DNA from: a virus
Lineage: Duplodnaviria > Caudoviricetes
Reading direction: 5' to 3' (one strand)
Length of the DNA: 27,727 nt
IMG/VR virus record: IMGVR_UViG_3300008448_000485
Location: 1 to 27,727 of that record
Shown: in pieces, positions 7,044 to 15,223 of the stretch
Layout: each line of letters begins with the position of its first letter
Position numbering within the stretch: the first letter of the stretch is position 1
Program-made: the position numbers and the translations under genes
The notes under the pieces: model-generated
What the model was told of the DNA's origin: nothing
What the model saw: the letters and a program-made list of their open reading frames with translations, nothing else
The model's database searches: none

Positions 7044-10000
7044 TTCTTCTTCCTACTTTCACCCAGTGGTGCGCCAATGTAGCGGGCCCCAGGGCCCCGT
7101 TGTTTACCGTTGGACACGAACCGCTCTTGGCTCCAGTTTGCAAGCGTACGCTGTTTGCGCGAAGCCCGTTCAGTCTTGTAACCGCCCCCTGCCTCGCGGT
7201 ACTTCTTGGCAAGGAGTTTTGCTTTGCGCGTCGTCCACTTTCCTGATGCTCCGCCTTCTGAACCATTGAGTATCTCTCGCTTCAGTCGGTTGCGAAGTAT
7301 CGGCTTGGTATGTACGCCCTTCATTTCTAACGGCTGTTCGTTGATGAATGATTTAGTTGCGTAAGATACCCACGCATGACTTACTTTAGTCGTGCGCGAC
7401 TCTCGTGTCAAGGATTTCTCTCCACGCCCGCCAGTCATCTTGCCTAGTGAGCGCATAAACGCAGCATCATTAGCAAGGTCTGGTCGGTAACGACGCATCG
7501 CAGCGACAGCCATAGCCTCTGCAACCCGTGCTTCGCTCTCAGGTGTGTTCTTGTGTGTTGCGAGACGCATCATTGACTGTATCTTGCGCAGTTGCGATGG
7601 CGGGACTTCCTCCAGACGGCGTGAAGATGAGTACGACAAGCGGTCTTCTTCTGCAAGGAACTCTGCATCATCATCATCTCCATAGAGCAATGTCCCAAAC
7701 TCATCTTGTAGGTCGCTGAGTATGCTTCGTACTCTGTCCTTGTAGTTGTCGTTATCGTAGACATCTGGCGTGTCAATGAAGTCTTGGTCTGGGTCGTCCC
7801 AATCGCCCGTGACTGCTTCTTCAATTAGTTTTGAGTACAACCAAGCGTCATCAAGACCGTCATCTAACTGCTGTTCAGCATTATCAATGACTTGACGGAG
7901 TCTGCGGCGTGCTTCTGCTGCTTGCTCAGGGGTATCAGCATTCAGGTCATTCATTTCGTCTAGAACCTTGCGTGCCGCTTCTACCTGCGCGCGCGTGTGA
8001 ATCATCTTCTTGAGTGAGTAGTTGGCAGTACGAACCATTGCATCAAGGCGTGCCTCAATGTCGTTGGCAATCTCATCTGCTTCATAGAACTTTCTGTCAA
8101 GTGCTTCGTATGGAAGACCTGCTTCTTCTGCTTCAATGGCTTGCTGTTCAAGTTCGCGCGCGCGCTTGCGAGATGCCTTGTACTCCTGAAGCAATGACTT
8201 CATGTGTTCTTGTGTCTCTAGCGGTTTGCGCCACTGCCACAAGCGAGTTCCAGGCTGTATGAAGTCAGAGTCGTTGTTTGGCGTGCGGCCCGACGCGAGG
8301 CCCCGCGGTGTTGCGTTGGCATATCGGCGAACGATTGACTGTGGGTCATCAGGAATGAGTTTGCTGTCAAGGGGCATCTCTACTTCAAGTTGCCAGTTAT
8401 TGTCCCCAGCCATATTCTCAAGCCACTTGTTGAGAATTTTTCTCCTATTGCCAATAGCCCGTGCGCGTTCAGTATCGTATTCGGTAACTTCTTGGGGTAT
8501 GGCGTCGTCATCAAAGAGGTTGAGTAGGGTGGTGAGGTTTAGTAAACCTGTTTCCTCAAGGTCGCGCATCCACCAAGTGAGTCGCGCTGCTTCTTCTTTG
8601 CTGTAAATAAGACCAGTACCTTGACCCTTGCCCTTGATGAAGTCGTTTATGTACCTTCTAAACAACGATGTCGTCTCTTGAACATCGTGTTCGCTGATGC
8701 GCGTCAAACCAGTTCGTGGGTCTGCCGAACCGAATATTGCGTTGTAACCAAGTTTCGGCCAAACAAGAACACCGTCCATAGCGGCATCTCCGTATGCTGA
8801 CTGGAATCCTGCTGCCTTACCCCATACGAACGAGTGGTATGGGATTAGCCCGAAATCCCCTTGCGACCTGTATTCTTCGTTGACTGTGAAATAGGTGAGA
8901 GTGAATCGTGGCTTATCACCATAGTCAAATGACGCTTCGCGTTCAATGTAGCCGATTGTTTTCCCTTGTTTGTCAGCAAGAATCCCGTTGATATGGAACT
9001 TGAAACGGCCAGCATCGTCCCGCTTTATCGTTACGAAGTCAAAGGTGTTGCGATACTTCTGCGGGTTTGACTCAATCTTGACATCGCTTCCTGGGATATT
9101 CGTGCCGCCCATGAACATATCGTTGATGTACTTCGTGCTACGAAGGAGGGATTCAAGTGTTTCCCTGTCTTGTGGTGTGAGGTCTACTTTTACTGGGACA
9201 GAACCCCAACCATCGTTTTCCCTGTATTTCAAGTTGTCGCGCACCCTCATTGGGTAAATTCCGTTTTCAAGCATTGACTCAATATCTTCAATAGTCATAT
9301 GAGGTACTGCGTAGTCGCGTGTGCTTTGATTGTTAGCCCAGTTGATTATGTCGTAAGCCTTATTGAACTTAGCGTTGTAATCTTTGACGGCAGCATCTAG
9401 CGTGTTGTTGAGCGCCGCCATACCTGCGTTTGCCTTTTTCCAATCGTCCCTGAATGTTTTTCCGCGCTCCACCCATGGGGTCTTGCCACCATACATTTTG
9501 CTAAAGAAGTTGCCAAGTTTCTCCATGCGCTTCTCGTGGCGCTTGACGAACTTATCTACGACCTTTGCCCTAAACGATTCCATTTCTACTGGGTCTAGCG
9601 TGTATGCGTCTTCGCCAATGAGTTCCAACACTTCTTTGACTGCGTCTGCACGCTCTTTCTCGGTCGCCTCGTCTATGCGTCGTGACGCAAGACCTTGCTG
9701 TGATGCGAGACGCCGTGAAGCAAGACCAGTCCATGGTGGTGGTGCTGGAGTCGCAGCCGAACTGTTGCGTCGCATTCGTTCTGCTTCGCGTTCACGATTA
9801 TAAGGGGTATTTCTAAGCGCAAAAAGTGGCATACCCTGTTCGTACCAAGGCGTTTTTGAGTCCATATCTGATGGATTACGCAAGAACTGGTTGTGCATAG
9901 GCCTGTCGTTTTCGTCCTTGACTGTTGCAACCAACTTCGCTGCTTCAACTGGGTTCTTGACCGTGTCCATCGCTACGACGCCCCGTCTGTTGAGCATCGT

Positions 10001-13000
10001 GATTCTTCCCACCAATGTGTCTTCGTACCCGTCATACCCAAGCAGGACTGCAAGAGTTCCTTCGTTTGCATTGAGGATTAAATCCCGTGCTTTTTTAAGG
10101 TTGGAATCTGCTTCTGGGTCTTCTCCGATTTGGTCGTTAATGCTTAGCGCGCGCGACAGAGCCATCGCTATATCATTTCTGGTTTCGTCAGAAAATAGTT
10201 CTGGTATCTCTCTGCGGATTCTCATGTTTCTGACTCGCAGGTCATCTCGGTCTAGCGGTCGCTTATATCCAATTGCTTTTTTGAATTGTTCAAGGTCAAT
10301 GCTCTGCAGGAATATGCGGGCGTCACGAAGTTCGTTCCTCTTTGCTAAGCGTGCGGAAGGAGGAATGGCTACCAAGACTGACGGAATTTTATCTGGGTCG
10401 TATGATTTGGTAACTTCGCCAGAGATAAACGCAATACCTGACTCAGCCCGTGTGTCTACCTGCATTCCCGCTCTACCAGCGAATGGCGGTGTGTCGCTAA
10501 AAAGCGTTGCCCGTGCGGCGTTCATGGCTTCTTCTGGCTTCGTGCCTATTGGAACGACATGACCGACCCTATGAGTTGGAAAACCATTTGAGTTTTGTGA
10601 TATCAGCGCAACAAATTCTTCTTCTGTTGCTAATTGCGGCGGCAAGTTGTAGCCAGTGGCTTCAAGAAGAAAAGGCAACTCTTTATCAATGTGATTAACA
10701 GGACTACGGTCACGCTGTACGGGAGAACTGTCAATTTCGTTTGCGATGTTTGCTAGTAGAGATGTGGTTTTCTCGTCAATAGGTTCGTTAATGGTATTGC
10801 CCCTAATATCAAGCGCGTGTCGCTGCCTCTGCACTGGGGTATCAACAGTTCCGTCTTTACTATTGCGCCATGCTCGTATGAAGTTGGTTGGGTCGTCAAT
10901 AATCGTTTGGTATGGCAGGTGGTCAGTAGGCGCTTCACCCAAGTCAAGTACTAGTTCTCCGCTTGCAGGGTCAAGAGCGTCGGCAAGATACACTGCTAAA
11001 TCGTTCCCACGCTCTCTATCGTCAATATCAAATGAGTTGTAGAGCGTTACGAGGCTTGCCTTATGCGGTCTGTCTTCGGCAATCTGTATCCAAGCGGCTA
11101 CACGCAGTGCTTCGTCGTCGTTCTCAATGATAGATGGCAGTCCGTCTTGGTACTTCTTTACTTGTGCCTTTAGTCGTGGCAAGAGCCCATCAACGACTGC
11201 GTTGTGTGTGCTTCCTTCTCGTACTGGGAAACCAGAACGCACCCACACGAACGGCCCCGAACTTGCGGTATGGAGGGTGACCGACATGTTCCCATGCTCT
11301 TTGCCCCATAGGAACGCATGGTTGTTGATAAGTGCCGCAATGCCTTTGCTCTTATACGCTTCTGCGATAAACAGCGTGTCGTTGAGTAGGCTAATGCTTC
11401 CAGTATCAAACCTAAGCGTTCTGCCCCAACTTTCGGTTACTTTTCTGCCTTGTGCGTCAAAAATCTCGCCACTCATATAGAGGGCTCGCCCACTCATTCC
11501 GTACCCCGAAGTGCCGTCACGAACGATTGTGTTCGCTCGTGTCGCAAAAGTATATTCTTCTCCGTCAAGCATGACTGATTTTTCGTTGAGGTACATGTCT
11601 TGCATCTCATACATGGCGTCACGCATCACCCGTAGAGCGTCAATGTCTTCTTTGGATAGTTCGGCAAGGTCCACATAGAGCGAGCCACCTACAGCGCCAG
11701 GTTCTCTGTCAAAAACTCTTGGTTCTAATTCGCCTCGGTCAATGCGGTCAAGTATCGCATCTATCATTTCTGCTGTAATGCGTGGTTCTGGGGCAATTTT
11801 TGACCCACGACCTGGAATCATGCGACCAGGATTATCAGGGTCTGGCACCAACCTTGGCTGTTTGGCTGAATCTGCCAAGTATGCTTCCTTATTGGTTTTT
11901 GCCAACTTAGACAAGACGCTGTCTATCTCCTCACGCATTGCGTCGTACTTGCGAAACGCCTCTACGCCCTCTTTCCACGGTTTTTCATCTCCATAGATAC
12001 CGTAAATAACTTCGGCAACACGAGAGAGACGCTTATTTATGCGCTCTTGTACGAGTAGTTGAGTGCGCTCAATAATGGAGCGTGCTTCCTCTTTGTCTGC
12101 TTCTGTACTTGGATAGAACAGTCGGCGCAATATGTTTTTTAGCGGTTCTTTTTCGGCTGGAACAATACTCTCTAAGCGTCGCCCTCTGTCTCTGTCCATA
12201 GCAGTTGCTTCGTCATCTGTGTAACGACGACTAGCAAGCCCACGGGCACGCCAAGTGCGAGGGTCGTCGCTTCCGTCGGCTACTGGTCGCATAGCGTCGT
12301 GTCGTGGGTCGTATGTTTCGGTGTGTTCTAGCGCGTAGAACAGAGTCCCGTCTCTTTCTTCCACATTGGCGACCCTGAATGTTCCCTGCGTTAGCCAGTT
12401 GTCGTCATCTGTCTCTAGCGCCCGTGCGCCCGCCCGTAGCGTGAGGTTCACTGAATAATCCATATTTGGCTTGCTTGTGAACGCTGTTATGGGTAATGGA
12501 AACTCGTCGTCTACTGCTAACGCTTGCTCAAACTGTGCTTGGAGCATTGGTACGGCACGATAAAGGTTCTCGGTCGTTGGCTCTGAACGCTGTATGCCTA
12601 TGGCAATATTTACTGCGTCATTCATAGCACGCTCTACACGGTCACGGTCATCTTTAGGTAGGTTGGCAACATTACCTGTGATAACGCCTCGCAACATCTC
12701 TATATCGTTGGGTGTTTCGTTTCCGTGTAGTTTAAAGTCGTCAAGCGGGAAACCTAGCGTTACTGCTGATAGCGCCCGTGTCATATCGGAGTGCGTATCG
12801 TCTGTGACGAAACGACTAGCGCCGAGTTTCGCACGACCATCTAATCTTGTGTCGCCTATGAGGTGAACGCTTGGCGTAGCACGGTCATAGAAACGGTGGT
12901 CGCCTACGGTGAGTAGACGCTCACGACCACGACCGTCGTAGATACTCGTAGGGTTCGGTAGGTCGTGTAGTCGGTCGCCGACATCTACGCCATTCGTCGT

Positions 13001-14398
13001 TGGCAGAATGTTCTGGTTCTGTCGTGGCTTGCGCTCTAGCGCTAGTCCGTTAGGCAGACGGTCTTGCGGTGGTACTAGATATTGCGAGTTGTAAGCCCGT
13101 GGGTCTGTTTTTCGGTTATTGCGACGCTTTTTTTCTAGTCCTAATAGTTCGGCAAAGTAGTCGTAAGTAAAGTCATTGACTAGTTCGGTAATACTGTCTT
13201 GGTCTGGTCGTACTACGGCGGAATACGCTTCGGCGAACATTTCCCAAGGGGCATCTGTTGCGTAATGACTGTCTACCCAAAGATAACTGCCGTCACGGGC
13301 GTCATTGCGTGCGCCTCTACTCCATTTCGGAGTTTCCTTTTCTGCGAACACTAAAAACCCAAGCAAGTCCTCTGAACTTTCTGCGCTTCTCGGATTATCT
13401 TCGTTGTCGTCAAACATAGGGTCGTGTCGCTTGACATCTGCGATTTCTCTTACCCGTGACGCTTGGAAACGCCTTTTCATTAGTTCGTCAATATAGTGAC
13501 CGTATTCGTGGCGTAGGCTTCCCTCATTAGTTGGGTCTGCGTGACTTCTGCCGTAAATACCTTCTATCGTGTAAAACTCTGCGAAACCATTGTCGCCTGC
13601 CCTGTCTAAACTCTCTGGCGTCATAGTGATAATGTTCTGGTGCGTTGAGTAAAACATCCAGTTGTCGGTGGTGTTGTGACCGTACTTATTCATTACTACT
13701 TGCGGGTGACCAAAGTTCTGAACGACCCAGTAATGAAGTGGGCTTGTCTCTAACGACTTCTGTACCAACGCTCTAACCCGTGCGATAGTTTCTGGCTCAA
13801 AGTCTGGCTCAATATATTGCGCCTGAGTTATTTCGCCTCGTTCTAACTTGCGCTTGTTCAGGAAGTCCATCATTTCCATATCCCGAAACTGGCTATCAGC
13901 CAACTCTTTAGCGGCTTCGTATGCGTCGTCACTTGCGTATGCTGAACGCTGTCCTGCTGCGAACAATATGTAAGCGTCTCTTGCTTCGTCCATACTTGAC
14001 GGCACTACTAAGCGTGCTATTTCCTCTGGCGTTCTACCGTGTAGCCACTTAGGGTGTCCTATCGGCTTGTCACCTTTACGCTTGCGTACCTTAGCCTTAG
14101 TCTTACTGATTGCCCTTCTGCTTACAAGTCCGCTAGGGCTACCCGTGACGCCTTCGTCGCTACTCGCTGTAGGCGTAGTAGTAGGCAACTTAGGTGCGCT
14201 AGGTGTGGCAGGGCGCTCAAAGGGCGTACTGTCTTGTACGAAACCGTCGCCATCTCCGTCCTCTGCGTTAGGGTCAAAGCGTTCGTTCATACCGCCTAGC
14301 GTGCCACGACCACCACGACCACCACCACGACCAATAGAACCGCCAAGTTTCCTTAGCGCACGATTACCTGCCTTAGCGTCAAACTCAAACTGCGTCAT
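7040..14398 (-). CDS. Giant multidomain (polyvalent) protein: zincin metallopeptidase, two ART-like domains, two GNAT modules, DUF2786-like and DUF5872-like C-terminus
   Basis: 2452-aa uninterrupted ORF; H297EYGH + E386MFAE; LYR614...FTS642; AYKSKGIA/GPFVWVRSGF and EEYRSQG/GVLVWPKLGY; GYNLPP...LGYDGY...LNR; LRKIQSMMRLA...EAR; HTKPILRNRLK...GKWTTRKAKLLAKKYREAGGGY. Confidence 0.85.
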   Translation of the reverse strand: MTQFEFDAKAGNRALRKLGGSIGRGGGRGGRGTLGGMNERFDPNAEDGDGDGFVQDSTPFERPATPSAPKLPTTTPTASSDEGVTGSPSGLVSRRAISKTKAKVRKRKGDKPIGHPKWLHGRTPEEIARLVVPSSMDEARDAYILFAAGQRSAYASDDAYEAAKELADSQFRDMEMMDFLNKRKLERGEITQAQYIEPDFEPETIARVRALVQKSLETSPLHYWVVQNFGHPQVVMNKYGHNTTDNWMFYSTHQNIITMTPESLDRAGDNGFAEFYTIEGIYGRSHADPTNEGSLRHEYGHYIDELMKRRFQASRVREIADVKRHDPMFDDNEDNPRSAESSEDLLGFLVFAEKETPKWSRGARNDARDGSYLWVDSHYATDAPWEMFAEAYSAVVRPDQDSITELVNDFTYDYFAELLGLEKKRRNNRKTDPRAYNSQYLVPPQDRLPNGLALERKPRQNQNILPTTNGVDVGDRLHDLPNPTSIYDGRGRERLLTVGDHRFYDRATPSVHLIGDTRLDGRAKLGASRFVTDDTHSDMTRALSAVTLGFPLDDFKLHGNETPNDIEMLRGVITGNVANLPKDDRDRVERAMNDAVNIAIGIQRSEPTTENLYRAVPMLQAQFEQALAVDDEFPLPITAFTSKPNMDYSVNLTLRAGARALETDDDNWLTQGTFRVANVEERDGTLFYALEHTETYDPRHDAMRPVADGSDDPRTWRARGLASRRYTDDEATAMDRDRGRRLESIVPAEKEPLKNILRRLFYPSTEADKEEARSIIERTQLLVQERINKRLSRVAEVIYGIYGDEKPWKEGVEAFRKYDAMREEIDSVLSKLAKTNKEAYLADSAKQPRLVPDPDNPGRMIPGRGSKIAPEPRITAEMIDAILDRIDRGELEPRVFDREPGAVGGSLYVDLAELSKEDIDALRVMRDAMYEMQDMYLNEKSVMLDGEEYTFATRANTIVRDGTSGYGMSGRALYMSGEIFDAQGRKVTESWGRTLRFDTGSISLLNDTLFIAEAYKSKGIAALINNHAFLWGKEHGNMSVTLHTASSGPFVWVRSGFPVREGSTHNAVVDGLLPRLKAQVKKYQDGLPSIIENDDEALRVAAWIQIAEDRPHKASLVTLYNSFDIDDRERGNDLAVYLADALDPASGELVLDLGEAPTDHLPYQTIIDDPTNFIRAWRNSKDGTVDTPVQRQRHALDIRGNTINEPIDEKTTSLLANIANEIDSSPVQRDRSPVNHIDKELPFLLEATGYNLPPQLATEEEFVALISQNSNGFPTHRVGHVVPIGTKPEEAMNAARATLFSDTPPFAGRAGMQVDTRAESGIAFISGEVTKSYDPDKIPSVLVAIPPSARLAKRNELRDARIFLQSIDLEQFKKAIGYKRPLDRDDLRVRNMRIRREIPELFSDETRNDIAMALSRALSINDQIGEDPEADSNLKKARDLILNANEGTLAVLLGYDGYEDTLVGRITMLNRRGVVAMDTVKNPVEAAKLVATVKDENDRPMHNQFLRNPSDMDSKTPWYEQGMPLFALRNTPYNREREAERMRRNSSAATPAPPPWTGLASRRLASQQGLASRRIDEATEKERADAVKEVLELIGEDAYTLDPVEMESFRAKVVDKFVKRHEKRMEKLGNFFSKMYGGKTPWVERGKTFRDDWKKANAGMAALNNTLDAAVKDYNAKFNKAYDIINWANNQSTRDYAVPHMTIEDIESMLENGIYPMRVRDNLKYRENDGWGSVPVKVDLTPQDRETLESLLRSTKYINDMFMGGTNIPGSDVKIESNPQKYRNTFDFVTIKRDDAGRFKFHINGILADKQGKTIGYIEREASFDYGDKPRFTLTYFTVNEEYRSQGDFGLIPYHSFVWGKAAGFQSAYGDAAMDGVLVWPKLGYNAIFGSADPRTGLTRISEHDVQETTSLFRRYINDFIKGKGQGTGLIYSKEEAARLTWWMRDLEETGLLNLTTLLNLFDDDAIPQEVTEYDTERARAIGNRRKILNKWLENMAGDNNWQLEVEMPLDSKLIPDDPQSIVRRYANATPRGLASGRTPNNDSDFIQPGTRLWQWRKPLETQEHMKSLLQEYKASRKRARELEQQAIEAEEAGLPYEALDRKFYEADEIANDIEARLDAMVRTANYSLKKMIHTRAQVEAARKVLDEMNDLNADTPEQAAEARRRLRQVIDNAEQQLDDGLDDAWLYSKLIEEAVTGDWDDPDQDFIDTPDVYDNDNYKDRVRSILSDLQDEFGTLLYGDDDDAEFLAEEDRLSYSSSRRLEEVPPSQLRKIQSMMRLATHKNTPESEARVAEAMAVAAMRRYRPDLANDAAFMRSLGKMTGGRGEKSLTRESRTTKVSHAWVSYATKSFINEQPLEMKGVHTKPILRNRLKREILNGSEGGASGKWTTRKAKLLAKKYREAGGGYKTERASRKQRTLANWSQERFVSNGKQRGPGARYIGAPLGESRKKK

Positions 14399-14572
14399 AT
14401 ATCCCTAACGGCTGAACGGATTATCGGTGGTAACTAGATTATCTCATAGGGATACTGCGCTATTACACACTATGAGTTACCCGTAAGACTACCCGTGACG
14501 CTTGCGACGCTAGTGAAACAATAAGCGTGCGACATACTAAGACACTATGTTGTGTGCCTATGCCTATGGTGT

Positions 14573-14602
14573 GTGTACCTACTAGGCGTGTACCTACTAG
14601 GC
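14573..14602. repeat. Perfect tandem 15-bp direct repeat GTGTACCTACTAGGC x2
   Basis: Copies at 14573-14587 and 14588-14602. Confidence 0.9.
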
Positions 14603-14634
14603 AGTGTGTATCGTGGGGTCATACACACTGCCTA
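14598..14634 (-). terminator. 14-bp perfect hairpin after the 54-aa ORF (terminator or processing site; no U-tract)
   Basis: TAGGCAGTGTGTAT / ATACACACTGCCTA with 9-nt loop, 10 nt past stop at 14645. Confidence 0.55.
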
Positions 14635-14644
14635 TGTGGTATCG

Positions 14645-14809
14645 CTATGCGGTTGCTCTTGCTAGTTCGTTCTCTAAGAACTCAACTCGCCTAGCAAGGT
14701 AAGCGTGTTCGTTGCGTAGTTCGTTGTAAGAAACCGTTAGGTTCGTTGCGTGCTGTACTAGTTCATCTTTTTTCATCTGGCTAAGCATTGAGGTAATGGA
14801 CTGTGACAC
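14645..14809 (-). CDS. Small coiled-coil protein, 54 aa (not in ORF track)
   Basis: GTG start, AAGGAG SD 7 nt upstream, MSQSITSMLSQMKKDELVQHATNLTVSYNELRNEHAYLARRVEFLENELARATA; near-consensus promoter upstream. Confidence 0.8.
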   Translation of the reverse strand: MSQSITSMLSQMKKDELVQHATNLTVSYNELRNEHAYLARRVEFLENELARATA

Positions 14810-14845
14810 TGTGGTTCTCCTTGTGGTTGTTCCTTATAGGTGGTA

Positions 14846-14874
14846 ACACTATCGTCTAGGCGTGTATGTGTCAA
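14846..14874 (-). promoter_or_regulatory. Housekeeping-sigma promoter TTGACA-17-TAGTGT
   Basis: -35 TTGACA (14874-14869), 17-nt spacer, -10 TAGTGT (14851-14846). Confidence 0.8.
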
Positions 14875-14990
14875 GTATTTAGACGCTTATTTGTGTGACA
14901 TTTGTGTAACTTTTCTATGCGATTTCTGTGATATATCTACGCTGTGTTAGGCGTGCCTTACAAGCGTTAGTCTGACCTTACAATTCGGTG

Positions 14991-15087
14991 CGAACAAGCG
15001 TTCGGCTGTGGATAACTAGGCACGATACACACACTATACACACAAGGCTGTGGATAACCATACGAACAAGCGTTCGCCTGTGGATAA
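14991..15087. promoter_or_regulatory. Cluster of three perfect DnaA boxes and two LexA (SOS) boxes
   Basis: TGTGGATAA (reverse complement TTATCCACA) at 15007, 15049, 15079; CGAAC-AAGC-GTTCG at 14991 and 15063. Confidence 0.85.
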
Positions 15088-15223
15088 CCGTGTTCACTAC
15101 CACCCCTAGCCGACCCCGAGAGCAGGGCAGAAGCCCCGTCAACTTTCCAGAGATGTGCTGGCTGTGTGGGGGCGCATATGACACAAATTTGGTGCCCCAT
15201 TTTCTGAATAGATTTATCCAACC

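Noticed and set aside
7066-14408. Many + strand ORFs of 60-223 aa opposite the giant gene, and similar shadows elsewhere
   Set aside because: Ser-rich antisense shadows of a real CDS with no start signals or motifs
13451-14502. TACCCGTGACGC at about 13451, 14140 and 14490
   Set aside because: Two of three copies are in coding sequence in a region of restricted k-mer vocabulary; no consistent context
14570-15090. Repeats as a CRISPR array
   Set aside because: Only 2-3 short copies, irregular spacing, no cas genes; better explained as DnaA/LexA boxes and a tandem duplication
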